Assembly (NCBI GenBank): GCA_963775685.1
Contig: CAVZJV010000014.1
Span: 1,600,001-1,664,000, forward strand
Source of the DNA: Candidatus Bathyarchaeota archaeon
Lineage (GTDB): Archaea > Thermoproteota > Bathyarchaeia > Bathyarchaeales > Bathycorpusculaceae
Reading direction: 5' to 3'
Length of the DNA stretch: 64,000 nt
A program made the translations under genes and the position numbers. Position 1 is the stretch's first letter; the number at the start of each line of letters is the position of its first letter. Positions 1 to 11,334 of the stretch are shown piece by piece. The notes under the pieces were generated by a model. It had not been told where the DNA came from and made no database searches. It was given only the letters and a program-made list of their open reading frames with translations.

Positions 1-1660
1 GTATAGGTTAATTTAGCCGAGCCATGATCAAGTTTTTCTACATATATCGAAATATTGCGAGTTTTTTCTCCATACTTCAGTGAGTTATCGATGAGATTGT
101 AAAAAACTTGTGTTAGTAGAGAATCAGCAATCACTTCAAAACCCGCGCAATGGTTCTCAATCTTTATACCTTTTAGGTCTGAAAAAAGGCAGAGCGCGTT
201 TTGGACCATTTTGCCTACATCGACCGGAATTAATTCTTCAATACCTATCATTTCATAAGTTTTAGCAAAATCAAAAATATCACAAATATTTTTAATTGAA
301 CCGTCAATCGTATCAAAATATTTTTCTGAACTCGGTTCAGTTTTGCAGTTATTCTTAAATAGATAAAGATTCCCTTGAATTAACGCTAGTTTATTTCTTA
401 CATCATGCCTCGTAAAAGCGCCCAAAACTTTAATTTTTTCATTTAATAATCTTGACCTCTCCAGATGCCGATTCGATTACAACTTTGAACTAAAACAAAA
501 TCAGAAATGTCCAAAAAAGCCATAAAAAATCCATACACTTTGCCCCTTACAATTAATGGACCACCTGACAGACAAACATCAATTAAAGAACCATTACTCC
601 TTTTACGTTTTGTATTAAGGCTTATTTGTTTTTTCATTATTGCTTTTTTTATATTTTCTGATTCTTGTTTAAGACCCTCCGGGAGAATAACATCAATATT
701 TCTGTTTTTAACTTCTTCAAATTTGAATCCAAAGAGTTTTGTAAAACTAGAGTTAATTTCGGTCACTCGGAAAGTCTTGTCCAAAAAAACAATAGCTTCA
801 GGATGATATGAAAAAAGCGCTTTTAACATTTGACTGTTTTTTTCAAATAAATGTTCTTGCTTTTTCCGCTCCGTCACATCGCGTATAATGCTGACGCCAA
901 ACCACTGACCGTTTTCAACAAACGCTGAGAAAGAAAGCTCGACAATAATCTTTTTGGCTGAACCTTTCTTTATTGTGAGTTCAACAGTATTTCCCATCAT
1001 GGATAAATTACCGTTTGGTAATTCTTTGAATCCTTCATGCATGTTTTGTTCATAGCTAGCCAAGAATTGTTTATTGAAATGTTCGTTTAACGTTTTTGTT
1101 ATTTCATCTTTCGAATATTCTAACATGAATTTTGCTGATTTATTGCAATAGATTATTTCTCCTGCATCGTTAAAAACTACAATTGCATCGAGAGAGGAGT
1201 CAAAGATTGCTCTAAACCGCTTTTCACTTTCTCTAAGCATTTTCTGAGTTCTTATGTATTGTGAGGCTTGATGAATACAAGATGCCAATTCAGCATAAGT
1301 CGCGGCTGGAGAGCCGCGTTTATCTAGGTATCTGAATGCTCCGGAATTCAATGCTTTGACCGCTATTTCATCCCTTGCCTTACCAGTAAATAAAATAAAA
1401 GGGGTTGTATTTCCAATGGCTTTCAGCTCTCTTAAGAATGCTAAACCATCTTTATCGTTCATTTCGTAGTCAGATATAATTGCGTCAAATTTTCTCTTTT
1501 TAAGAATAACAAGGGCTTCATTGACAGATAGGACAGATTCAACTTTAATCGTATTTTGCATCTCTAAACATTGTTTTGCCATAATCAAGAATGCCTCATC
1601 ATCATCTACATGTAGAACATTTATTGAGTGTTCTAAGGTCAGTTTTCTTGAAAGCGCCAC
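1..1660 (-). CDS. Hybrid sensor histidine kinase (REC-PAS-PAS-HisKA-HATPase), split by a frameshift near 460-480 and running off the window start
   Basis: ORF 443..1660 has a receiver domain (VLHVDDD, IISDY, FTGK) and two PAS domains. Another minus frame over 441..1 reads NEKLKVLGAFTRHDVRNKLALIQG (H-box) and FYNLIDNSLKYG (N-box). Confidence 0.85.
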
Positions 1661-1831
1661 GTCAGTTATGTTTTCAGATATTTACATCATCACCGGACTA
1701 AAGTTAAAGCAGATCATTAAAATATTGTTTTGAAGATAAAATGATTTGTGAATTTATGGTCCTATTTTAAAATAAATAGTTGTAAAATGTATTCGGAATT
1801 AGCAATTGATAAATGTAATTGAGGTAATGTT

Positions 1832-2296
1832 TTGATGGGTTGCTTTACAATGGAAAATATCCTAATAATTGATGACGATGAAAAAATGCAAGAAATGATA
1901 TCGCAAATTCTTAGTAAGAAAGGATATTCGGTTAAATGTGTTGGCAATGGCAAGGAAGCTATTGCTGAAAGTTTTGAAAAACTTTACAATTTAGCCCTTA
2001 TTGATATTCATCTACCAGATATCGAAGGAACTGATTTATTGACTAAACTTCGAAAAACAGAACCAGAAATGGTAAAAATCATATTAACGGGTAATGCAAC
2101 CCTTGACAATTCAATTAATGCCACAAACAAAGGTGTAAATGGCTATATTTTAAAGCCATTTGACCCTAAAAAATTATTAAAATTAATCGACGATAAATTG
2201 AAAGAGCAGCGAGAAAAAATGCAATTCGACGAAAAAAAAGTGGCAGAATATATTGGGTTAAGGCATCAATGGATGGCAAATGCTACAAATAAATAG
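1832..2296 (+). CDS. Stand-alone response regulator receiver protein
   Basis: ILIIDDD, LALIDIHLPD, IILTG and YILKPF receiver motifs; short helical C-terminal tail. Confidence 0.9.
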   Translation: MMGCFTMENILIIDDDEKMQEMISQILSKKGYSVKCVGNGKEAIAESFEKLYNLALIDIHLPDIEGTDLLTKLRKTEPEMVKIILTGNATLDNSINATNKGVNGYILKPFDPKKLLKLIDDKLKEQREKMQFDEKKVAEYIGLRHQWMANATNK

Positions 2297-2428
2297 AGTA
2301 AGATAACTTAATTGAAAAGAGTTTCTTAATAAATGAGTTGTTAATGCAGAGTTAAGCGGTTGCTTTGTTTGTTACAAAAAATATTGTAATAACATGAAAG
2401 GCTACTGGATTAAATGTTATTTGTTTAT

Positions 2429-2881
2429 CTACCATCTATTTGGATTGCTGTATTTGAAAACAGGAGTATTTTCTTTTGCCTGTTCCATTTCCTTAAGCAA
2501 AGTTAAATACTTGTTTTCTTTCTCAGCTTGAAGTTTTTTAATCATTCCAAGTAAATCAGCAGGTTTAAACGGTTTGAGTATATAGGCATCCGCCTTTTCA
2601 TTCACTGCAATTACCGCATTTTCAATAGTCGGATGCCCTGTTAAAATTATCTTAATCATCTTTGGCTGAATATCCCCCAAGACACCAAGCAACTGGGTTC
2701 CTTTTGTATCTGGAAGCTCTATATCAATAAGAGCAAAATCTATAGGAACCTTTTTGCAGATTTTCAAGGCTTCTTTGCCCTTGTCGACAGCTTCAACAGA
2801 GTATCCTTCATTTTCCAGAATTGAAGTCAGCATTTCTCTCATCTTTGGATCATCATCAACAATTAATATTGTCGTCAGCAT
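2429..2881 (-). CDS. Stand-alone response regulator receiver protein (paralogue of 1832..2296)
   Basis: ILIVDDD, FALIDIELPD, IILTG and YILKPF motifs. Confidence 0.9.
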   Translation of the reverse strand: MLTTILIVDDDPKMREMLTSILENEGYSVEAVDKGKEALKICKKVPIDFALIDIELPDTKGTQLLGVLGDIQPKMIKIILTGHPTIENAVIAVNEKADAYILKPFKPADLLGMIKKLQAEKENKYLTLLKEMEQAKENTPVFKYSNPNRW

Positions 2882-3273
2882 TCATGTATCAACCTAAAGT
2901 GTTTTGCGAACATGCAATAGCTGTGTTTTTCTTTAATAATTTTGTGAACTTCAGATATGAATTATTTTTACTTTAGAACCATAATTTTAGATCTTGACCG
3001 CACAAGAGGGTTGTTTCTATCGCGCATAACTTCAAACGCGCATTAATTGTCGAAATATTTTGCATTTCTTCTTCTTATCAAAAGCAGGATTGCAAAAATT
3101 AGAATAATAACTAATTACATTTTTCTAATTGCAACGGATTACAAAAACTTAACCCGAATGGCGTTAAAACAATATTCGTAAAAGTCTGTTTAATGAGCTA
3201 ATTCAGAGTTACTTGAATATCCAGGAACGAGTGCCTAATAGAAGCAAAATAGGTTGAAAATCGAAAAGAAAAA

Positions 3274-3660
3274 TTAGGACTGAAGTAGCAGAATTGCTTT
3301 CGCCAAGTCACCACCGCAGTCTTGGAGGGCTTCTTTGGCTTTCTCCAGGCTTTTGCCTGTTTGGTCCGCGACGAGTTGCACGTCTTCTTCGCTGAACATT
3401 GGTTTAGCGGCTGCTGCTGGTGCTCCACGTTGAGAAGGGGCTTGCTCGCTGACTTGTCCGCCGATGACTTGGTACATCTTCTGTCCCTGAACCTGCAGAA
3501 TCGCAACCTCAGGGTCATCGATAACTATGTCCTTATCGGCTGTTCGGATGATAACTTGTTGGACCTCACCTACTGAGTCCATGTTCATGCCCATGCGTTG
3601 CATCATACGTTTTTGTTCTCGTGGATTCATGCGTCTATGCATAGAGATTACACTACCCAT
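3274..3660 (-). CDS. nac: Archaeal nascent polypeptide-associated complex protein
   Basis: MNPREQKRMMQRMGM N-terminus, NAC beta-barrel region, and UBA-like C-terminus EEDVQLVADQTG...GDLAKAILLL. Confidence 0.93.
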   Translation of the reverse strand: MGSVISMHRRMNPREQKRMMQRMGMNMDSVGEVQQVIIRTADKDIVIDDPEVAILQVQGQKMYQVIGGQVSEQAPSQRGAPAAAAKPMFSEEDVQLVADQTGKSLEKAKEALQDCGGDLAKAILLLQS

Positions 3661-4133
3661 TATTCTGTGCTTGAACTTGATATACTTAACCTTATATCAA
3701 TGATTTTAAGAAAAAAATGGAAAGGAGGTGTCTCCACAGGTACGCGGGTTTAGCTCCATCCCAGCTATTTAGCAAGTCATATACGCATTTGCTTTCCTAT
3801 AGAGGGGTAACATAATATTTGTAGTCCGCTTCCTTTTAGCTGGTTTTTCCACATTCACGGCAGCTCTGCAAACATAGTCTTCGTTATTAAAAGTGACAAA
3901 AGGGGGGTGCAGATCGAAGTGTTTTTGAATTGTTAGACCTAACTGATTCAAGATTTGAAGAATGTCCGATTTTATTAATTTTCAATCGTTTCTTTACCAT
4001 GATGAAAAGTACGAAAATATTTATGGCAACCAATGCGTCCAAGAGTAATTGCCATTTTTTCCTTTGTCTCATAATAAAAATGAATTAGAAAAAGAAAGAG
4101 AGGATAGATTATTGTGTGATTTGCGTTTACCGG

Positions 4134-6804
4134 TTATTTTTTGAGCCCCATCACTATCACTAAGCCGACTATGGCGATTGCTGCAGCGATTATGTAGGTC
4201 ATTAAGTCAGATATCGTCGCTAAGTTTGAGGGGCCTGTTGGCGTTGGGGTTGCCGCTACTGATTCGCTGGCGTAAAAGGCTGTTGCAGCTGACGATGGAT
4301 AGTATCCTCCTGAGCCGCCAAAGGTTGCAGTAACTGTGTAATCGCCTGCAATGTCAGGGGTCCATGTTAAACTGTATGTTCCGTACGCATTGCTTGTAGT
4401 GGTGCCGATATCTCTGTAGTTGCCGTTAGAGTCAGTGACAGATATGGTTACTTGAACTCCTGTCAAGTTGTGTGGCATTATCTGTTGTTCATAGACTGCT
4501 TCCATAAAACTGGTCATGCTTTCATCAGAAACGCATGGTAATCCATTGGGGAAGTTTGCCGCAACGGCTTCTTGCTTTGAGCCTGCAGAGACATCAGTTA
4601 CTGTGCCAGTTATTGTCACAGGCGTAGCAGTTGTTACACCGACTTGTGGTGCGCTAACTGTTGTTTGGCTTGGTCCTTGGGCGTAAGCGTAAATCTGACC
4701 ATCGTAGGAGTTGAACGACGTCATTACGCCATATGCTACCGCTGTTGCCGTATCGTCGAAAGCAAGATTACTCCAAACTAGTTCTCCAGTAGTGCCGTTG
4801 AGAGCTAATACTTGTGCGTTGTGGAATAGTGGTGGACTGTACTCGTGACCTTCTGAGAGATATAGCATTGGGCTAGGGCTACCAGCTAAAGCTTCGCAAG
4901 AGAAGACCCATATTGGGTAGATACCATAGGGTGTTTCTGTGCCTGCATCTCCGTTAGCTTGTTCGGTAATAAATGACCAAAGAACGTTACCATTCGTTAG
5001 TCAACTGCCCAAACATCGCCGCCTAAGGCCCAAACGTACAATACGCCGTTTGTGGTATCTGGAACGCATCGGAAGCCGTATTCGTCATAAGTGTTTGGCA
5101 TTTTACCGTTAGACATTGGAACGTTGAGACTCTTTTCCCATACTTGTTGCCCTGTAGCTAGAGAGAAAGCTTGCATGTCATAGGTTGCGAAGTTTATTTC
5201 AACGTAGACTCCTGCTGCAGCGGAAGGCGGACCGTTTGTCCTGGTGAAGGGAGTGAATACGCCTCCTGTCCGATTTTGTATCCACAACAGTGAGCCATCT
5301 TTTGCGCTTAAGCCTGCTTCGACTTGCCATCCGATGTTTTCTTGGACAGAAGTAGCTCCAGTAGTCATGACTAATGTGTCGCCTGACCATGCCGAATAGC
5401 CAAATGCAGAAGTGCCGAGACCTGCCGTGACGATGCCGTTAATAACTGGAGGTATTGATTGAGTAACCCATTCGATTCCGTCTTGCCATGAATACGAAGC
5501 GCCAAGTGCAATACCCCAGTTCAAATCAGTTTGCTGCATAGCAGCTGTTAAGTTGTACATTATCAATGCAGGTCCATTAATAGCCGTGTCAGAAATAGTA
5601 TATGTGACTCCTGGAATTGGATTGCCAAATGCACCGAATCGTCCGTTGGGATAAGCAGTAATATTAGCTGCAGCGTTACTGAAAGCGTAGCCTATAATGT
5701 TTCCATTTGCATCTTGGCCAAGGAAAACGAATGAAGGAGTATTTGTAATTGTGCAGAGATATTGCCCCGTCATACCGTCATAAATTTTCCAGTCGCCTGG
5801 CGGTGCAAAAAGTCCTCCGCCGCCTTGGGTAATGATGTATTCACCAACAACGCCATATTGGTTGATGTTTTCAAAGTTAACCATCATTCCGCATCTTAGT
5901 GGATCAGTCGTGTTTATTACCCACATAGTTTGTCCGGTGTAAAGGTTAGTGGCCATGATTCCTTGTTGACTGCTCGTGGTGGTCGTGTACCATGTTGAGT
6001 ACATTATGCCGTTCATTATGACTGGTGCAAATTTGGGGTTGTATTGCGAGGTTGTCCAGAAGGCGCTGTTTTGTTCGTCGTTTCCGAGTTTTCTTCCAGC
6101 TACGCCTCCTATGCACCAAGGCTTTGTCCAGAGTATGTGAGCAGTGGTGGGGGCTGTTGTGTATGGGTTAAAAGTTGCCTGTTGCATTGTATCCACCAGT
6201 ATTGGCAAAAGTGTTTGCAGCGTATCCCATCCAAGCTCCACCGATGGCAGCCCAATTTTGAACGTTTTCAGCGTTAATTGTAGTTTGCCACCAACTTGTT
6301 GGAAGTGGGGTAAATGGAATACCAGTTGCAAAATCTTGTTGGACTAGAAGAGTTACTGGCGCACTTTTGCTCGGCAGGTTAATGTATCCAGCAAAAGTAG
6401 GACCTCCGAAAGTGTTAGGGGCTCCGACAAGTGTCTGTCCGCCATACATAAATTGGGATGTGTAGTTGCCAAGCGATGTTGGAGTGTAGTGAGTGTATGT
6501 GCCTCCAGTGAGATCTGAAGTAAATGGTCCAAGTGTTTCAGTGGTTTCATCTGGATGCGTTACAAGAACTGTCATGTTGATGACCAGTGATTGGTCCGCG
6601 TTTGGCACAGCAAGCCAAAAGTTAACGGTTACTGGTTGGCCGACGCCGCAGGGGTTAGGGGCTACGTTAATGTAGGCATATGTTTGAATAGTGTTTGCTG
6701 CTTGCAGTTCCTATTTGCAATGTTATTGCTGATCCCATTGAAACAATCATAAGCATACTGATAACAATCGCTAAGTTTTTGTTTGTTAGATTTCGCAGAT
6801 TCAT
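4134..6804 (-). CDS. Large secreted, C-terminally membrane-anchored PQQ-like beta-propeller surface protein (split by several indels)
   Basis: Fragments 6168..6608, 4997..6331 and 4134..4868 are collinear with the intact paralogue 19188..21827 (TLGPFTSD.TGG, HILWTKP, SQY.PKFAPVI.NG, EGH.YSPPLFHNAQ, ANFP.G.P.VSDES, TWTPDI.GDYTV). The signal peptide starts at ATG 6804. Confidence 0.85.
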
Positions 6805-6836
6805 TTTGTTTTTTCTTCCTTTTAATTTTATTTTGA

Positions 6837-6877
6837 GTTGAGAAAAAATTTTGAATCAAGAAATAAGATTTCTCAAC
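6837..6877 (-). promoter_or_regulatory. Inverted repeat GTTGAGAAA-N23-TTTCTCAAC in the leader of the PQQ-like gene
   Basis: Perfect 9-bp arms at 6837-6845 and 6869-6877; the same core recurs before the paralogue at 21852-21880. Confidence 0.6.
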
Positions 6878-7291
6878 CTAGGTGTAGTTAACTGTTTTAA
6901 TTTAAATAGTTTTGGTGAGATAGAAGTAATAAATGCAAACAGTTCAGACGGAAAAGTTCAAAAAAGATATTAGACTCGAGTTTACAACATCCACTTTGTT
7001 AGGGGTTCAAATAGAGGAAAAGGAACTTATACCCAATTTCTCGAGCATTCTCATATTGAAGAGCTTAAGCCAACAAGATGAAATACTGAGGTAAGTTCAT
7101 TTGTGCTTACATGAACAATAAAATAAAAAGTTGTGCGAGCGATACCTCTACTTCAAAGAAGATTCATTTTGATTTCTTGACTAAATTACCTTGAGGCTTG
7201 GAATTCAACTCCAGCTATGTGGACCAAAAGCGCCTATTGGGTGAATAGCTACTTCAGTCAAAACTAAATTTATAATGAAAGCTTGATAAGC

Positions 7292-7759
7292 TCAATTTTC
7301 CTTAGCACCATGTCGGGTCTTAACAGCAACGCCTGTTTTGAAAGCCTTCATTTCTTGGCTTGAAAGAGTGGCGCGTCCAACCGCCAGAACTTGCCCATTT
7401 TCGTCTATTGCGATGACTTCGTCTTTGGCACCCACCTCAGCATCAACCTTGACGACATGAACCGCGAAGACGTCTCCTCCTTCGGTAATGTATTTGGAAA
7501 CATCGTTTTTTACAGTGACAAAACACTTGGCAAAGGGAGTGTTATGAATCATGAATTGAGCGGCTTTGAGGCTCAGTGAAAACAACCCATCCGTCGGGCG
7601 TAAGGTAGCTAATCGTTCCTTGTTTAGGGTGATGTAGCGTATCCTGCCGGTTCTTGGTGAATACTGGATTTCGATGTTGTCTGGAAACAGCTGTGCGCCT
7701 ACGCCTTTTCCGAATTGGTAATCAGCTATGCTTCTAACTTTTGCCAGGTTGTTTTGCAT
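7292..7759 (-). CDS. PUA-domain RNA-binding protein (archaeosine TGT C-terminal-like)
   Basis: IADYQFG, SPRTGRIRYI, ATLRP.DG, GGDVFAVHV, DEVIAIDE...LAVGRA, GVAVKTRHG. Confidence 0.88.
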   Translation of the reverse strand: MQNNLAKVRSIADYQFGKGVGAQLFPDNIEIQYSPRTGRIRYITLNKERLATLRPTDGLFSLSLKAAQFMIHNTPFAKCFVTVKNDVSKYITEGGDVFAVHVVKVDAEVGAKDEVIAIDENGQVLAVGRATLSSQEMKAFKTGVAVKTRHGAKEN

Positions 7760-7840
7760 GGGGCATCATCGTTTGGAGGTTGTTGTTTCGACAAGTATAA
7801 ACATTACAAGATTATAAAGACTGTGAAAGGTGAATGTTTC

Positions 7841-8390
7841 TTGAGATGTGAAGTTTGCGGACGCAAAATCCACTCTGACCCAGTTCGGGCAGTAATTGAA
7901 GGAGCCCAACTAACTGTCTGTATCGAATGCTCCAAACACGGCAAAGTACTCTTGCGTGAAGAAGCAGACATTGGAAAGGCACAGCCCAGCCTCAGCTAGA
8001 CCAAGCCCAACCAAATCCAACATCCGCATTCCAACTATCAAGAGAAAACCACCCGTCGCCCAAGTCCAAATTACAACAGAACTCGTCGATGGATACGCGA
8101 ATAAGATACGGGTTGCAAGAGAAAAACTCGCCATCTCCCACGAAGATTTGGGCAAAAAAATCAACGAAAAGGCCTCACTGCTTAAACACATCGAAACAGC
8201 CAAAGTGGCTCCAAATAACCAGCTTGCTACCAAACTTGAACATGCTCTAAAAATCAAGCTAATGATTCCAATAGCTGACGAAAAAGTTGCAACCCTGCCT
8301 AAAGGAGCTAATGAAGGTTTAACCTTGGGGGACCTCATCGAAGTAAACAAAGATGACGAGGAGACTTCCACAAAACGAAAGCGATCATAG
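7841..8390 (+). CDS. mbf1: Archaeal multiprotein bridging factor 1 (Zn ribbon plus HTH), frameshifted near 7975-7995
   Basis: MRCEVCG...IEGAQLTVCIECSKHG from TTG 7841, then IRVAREK..SHEDLGKKINEKASLLKHIE...KLEHALKIKL...LTLGDLI in the next frame. Confidence 0.9.
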
Positions 8391-9643
8391 CGCAACGCCG
8401 ACTAAACCGTGAAGAATCAAGTTTAGATGAACTTAAAGCATTAGCCCAAGCAGCCGGATACATTGTTGTCGGTACGATGGAACAAACTCGTCCGCCCGAC
8501 TCACGCTATCAGATTGGTGCGGGAAAAGTTGAAGAACTCGCTCGGATGGTCGCGGAGACAGGTGCTGGCAAGGTAATTTTTGACAATCAACTCCGCACAG
8601 TACAAACCTACAACCTTGCAAAAGCCACAAAAGTCGAAGTTATCGACCGCTTCCAACTCATATTAGAACTCTTTAACAAAAGAGCTACAACAACTGAAGC
8701 TCAGCTGCAAATCCAGCTTGCAATGGTGCGAAACGAACTCAAACATGCGCGGGAAAAAGTACGTTTATCTAAAGGAAGCGAACAACCGGGCTTCATGGGT
8801 TTAGGTGCATACGAAGCAGACGTCTATCGCGACGCCATAAAACGTCAAGTTCAAACTATACTCAAAAAACTTGAAAGGGTTCGAGAAAAAAGGGTTCTTC
8901 AACGGGAAAGAAGAACCGAGCTTGGTTTTCTAACAATTTCGCTTGCAGGATACACTAACGCTGGAAAAAGCTCCCTATTCAACGCCTTAACACAAGACAC
9001 AGTTGAAGTTGACAACGCCTTATTTACAACACTTTCAACAACGACGCGGATGGTAGAGTTTTCTAACCGCAAGTTCCTTATAACTGACACTGTTGGCTTC
9101 ATCGACCGCTTACCCATCGCACTCATTGAGGCGTTCCATTCTACTCTGGAAGAAACCATCTTTTCTGACCTTATAATAGTGGTTATAGACTTAAACGAGC
9201 CCTTAGAAACCATTGAGAAGAAAAACGAGGTTTGCTTAGAAACAATCGACCGGCTTGGAGCATCTGGCATACCCACCATAACTGCCTTAAACAAAATTGA
9301 CAAACTAAACCCAGAGGAAAGACAACAGAAACTCGAAGCCCTAAAAGACAAAGTCAAAAATCCAATCCTACTGTCGGCAAAATGCCAAACAAACCTTGAT
9401 GTACTAAGAAAATATATCCTGCGTATTCTCGAAAACTATCTGCAAGCCCAGTTTTCTGTTCCGTTAACTGGCAAGACCATGCCTTTTATTTCTTGGGTTC
9501 ATCAGAAAACCCATATCCAAAAGGAAACTTTCACCAACGATTCTGTTGAAGTGTATTTTGAAGCCACCCCATCCATAACTGAGCAAGTAAAGAGAAAAGT
9601 GGAAGATTTAGATGGAAAATTCCAAAGTATTCCCTCAACCTGA
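8375..9643 (+). CDS. hflX: GTPase HflX
   Basis: GYTNAGKSSLFN, LFTTL, DTVGFI, AFHSTLEE and NKID motifs. The frame stays open upstream of ATG 8477 to about 8357 and reads KAIIAQRR...LDELKALAQAAGY. Confidence 0.95.
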   Translation, partial: TKAIIAQRRLNREESSLDELKALAQAAGYIVVGTMEQTRPPDSRYQIGAGKVEELARMVAETGAGKVIFDNQLRTVQTYNLAKATKVEVIDRFQLILELFNKRATTTEAQLQIQLAMVRNELKHAREKVRLSKGSEQPGFMGLGAYEADVYRDAIKRQVQTILKKLERVREKRVLQRERRTELGFLTISLAGYTNAGKSSLFNALTQDTVEVDNALFTTLSTTTRMVEFSNRKFLITDTVGFIDRLPIALIEAFHSTLEETIFSDLIIVVIDLNEPLETIEKKNEVCLETIDRLGASGIPTITALNKIDKLNPEERQQKLEALKDKVKNPILLSAKCQTNLDVLRKYILRILENYLQAQFSVPLTGKTMPFISWVHQKTHIQKETFTNDSVEVYFEATPSITEQVKRKVEDLDGKFQSIPST

Positions 9644-10211
9644 TGATGTGCCCAAGATTTTTGTACTACGTTGGGGACACCGGCCTCAACGTGACGTTCG
9701 TTTGACTACTCATGTTGCTTTGACTGCGCGTGCGCTCTGCGCTTCTGGATTCATCTTAGCTGACGTAGAAGATACGCATATTCAGGAAACCGTTGCAAAA
9801 ATAACCAAAGCGTGGGGCGGCAACTTTCACTTTGAAATGGGAACCCCGTGGAAAAGAGCGGTCCGCGACTGGAAAGCCAAAGGCGGCGTCATCGTACATT
9901 TAACTGCTTATGGCGAGAACGTTCAAACAAATGGTGTCATGAGTCGAATAAAAGCTGTAGGCAAACCCGTGATGCTGCTTGTGGGAAGCCAAAAGGTTCC
10001 TGGCGAATTCTACTCAGACGAAATCTCGGATTTCAACGTAGCAGTCGGAAACCAGCCTCATTCTGAGTGTTCGGCTTTGGCGATTTTTCTAGACCGCTAC
10101 TTTGAGGGCAAAGAACTCGCCAAAACCTTTGAGAAAGCCAAAATCGAAATTATTCCAAAGGAAAGGGGTAAACAAATCAGAAGCCACTTGGATAACGTGG
10201 ATTTTCATTAA
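9612..10211 (+). CDS. trm56: tRNA (cytidine56-2'-O)-methyltransferase aTrm56 (SPOUT); true start probably near 9648
   Basis: LRWGHRPQRDVRLTTHVALTARA, VHLTAYG, VGSQKVP, VGNQPHSE. Confidence 0.93.
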   Translation: MENSKVFPQPDDVPKIFVLRWGHRPQRDVRLTTHVALTARALCASGFILADVEDTHIQETVAKITKAWGGNFHFEMGTPWKRAVRDWKAKGGVIVHLTAYGENVQTNGVMSRIKAVGKPVMLLVGSQKVPGEFYSDEISDFNVAVGNQPHSECSALAIFLDRYFEGKELAKTFEKAKIEIIPKERGKQIRSHLDNVDFH

Positions 10212-10276
10212 TGTTTTGGGAAGGGTTTTATTCCAGAAGGTTCCCATATTATGTTACTAAAAAGGAACATTAGAGT

Positions 10277-10789
10277 ATGTTATCCACTATTGATGATTCA
10301 ACCTTAATCAAAGTAGCTTTGGCGTTAGGTGGCGAAGAAGCAGTTCAACTTATAGCTCACCTCAAAGGCGTGGAAGAGATAACGGATGATGAAATCGCTA
10401 ACAAAACGGGCATCCGCCTCAACGCTGTTCGCAAAATCCTCTACAAACTCTATGATCATTCGCTGGTAAGCCTGCGCAGAACACGGGACCCCAAAACAGG
10501 ATGGTTTATTTTCCACTGGAAACTTCAACCAGACCAGCTTGAGGGATTCATTTTAAGCCAGAAAAGACGTGTTCTTGAAAAACTCAACGTAAGGCTAGAA
10601 TACGAAAAAAACCACGACTTCTACTACTGTGACAGCCAAGAATGCAAAAGAGTTCCTTTTGAAGATGCCGTTGAACTAGTTTTTCATTGTTCCACATGCG
10701 GCAAAAACCTTGTTCATTTTGAAAACGGAAAAATGATCGACAAACTCTCCGAGAAAGTTGAGATCTTAAGCAGGGAATTAGGTGAGTAG
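10277..10789 (+). CDS. tfe: Transcription factor E (TFIIE alpha-like)
   Basis: Winged helix TDDEIA...VRKILYKLY, RD..TGWF.F.W, Zn ribbon C..C...F.CSTCG. Confidence 0.95.
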   Translation: MLSTIDDSTLIKVALALGGEEAVQLIAHLKGVEEITDDEIANKTGIRLNAVRKILYKLYDHSLVSLRRTRDPKTGWFIFHWKLQPDQLEGFILSQKRRVLEKLNVRLEYEKNHDFYYCDSQECKRVPFEDAVELVFHCSTCGKNLVHFENGKMIDKLSEKVEILSRELGE

Positions 10790-10791
10790 CT

Positions 10792-11334
10792 CTGCTTCCG
10801 AACAGGGAGCAAGCAATCGAGCTCCTCTACAAAAACCACTGTCCCTCTCAAGTAATTAGCCATTGCATAGCTGTCGCGGATTTGGCAGTAGAAACTGCAA
10901 CCAAACTTGAAGCTAAGGGACTAAAAATTAACATAGCACTCGTTGAGGTAGGTGCCCTTTTACATGACATAGGGCGCTCAAAAAATCACACTGTTGATCA
11001 TGCATTAGTTGGCGCACAAATCGCAAATTCCCAGAGTTTGCCTGAGTCAGTCGTTAACATAATTAAGCGACACGTTGGCGGGGGAATCACAGCAGATGAA
11101 GCGGAAAAGTTTGGTTGGCCAAAAGACGATTACTCGCCTCAAACTTTAGAAGAGAAAGTTGTCTCTTACGCCGACAAACTAATTGATAAGTCAAACAGGA
11201 TCCCCGTTGAAATCGAGATTGAACGGCTTCAGAGAGAGAAGAAGAGTGAAGCAGCAGAAAGAGTTAGAAAGCTAAACGAAGAAATAACCAGTTTACTAGG
11301 CACAAACCATGACCACCTTAACACTACTAATTAA
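10792..11334 (+). CDS. HD-domain (HDIG) metal-dependent phosphohydrolase, TIGR00295-like
   Basis: The upstream frame reads LPNREQAIELLYKNHCPSQVISHCIAV; motifs LLHDIGR, HALVGA, RHVGGG, EEKVVSYADKL. Exact start is uncertain. Confidence 0.88.
   Translation: MLPNREQAIELLYKNHCPSQVISHCIAVADLAVETATKLEAKGLKINIALVEVGALLHDIGRSKNHTVDHALVGAQIANSQSLPESVVNIIKRHVGGGITADEAEKFGWPKDDYSPQTLEEKVVSYADKLIDKSNRIPVEIEIERLQREKKSEAAERVRKLNEEITSLLGTNHDHLNTTN

Noticed and set aside
3718-3740. AAAGGAGGTG resembling the complement of the 16S rRNA 3' end
   Set aside because: Only about 10 nt, with no further rRNA similarity; treated as a chance or SD-like sequence.
3769-4072. Two short minus-strand ORFs downstream of the PQQ-like gene
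   Set aside because: Low-complexity, AT-rich frames with no family signal.
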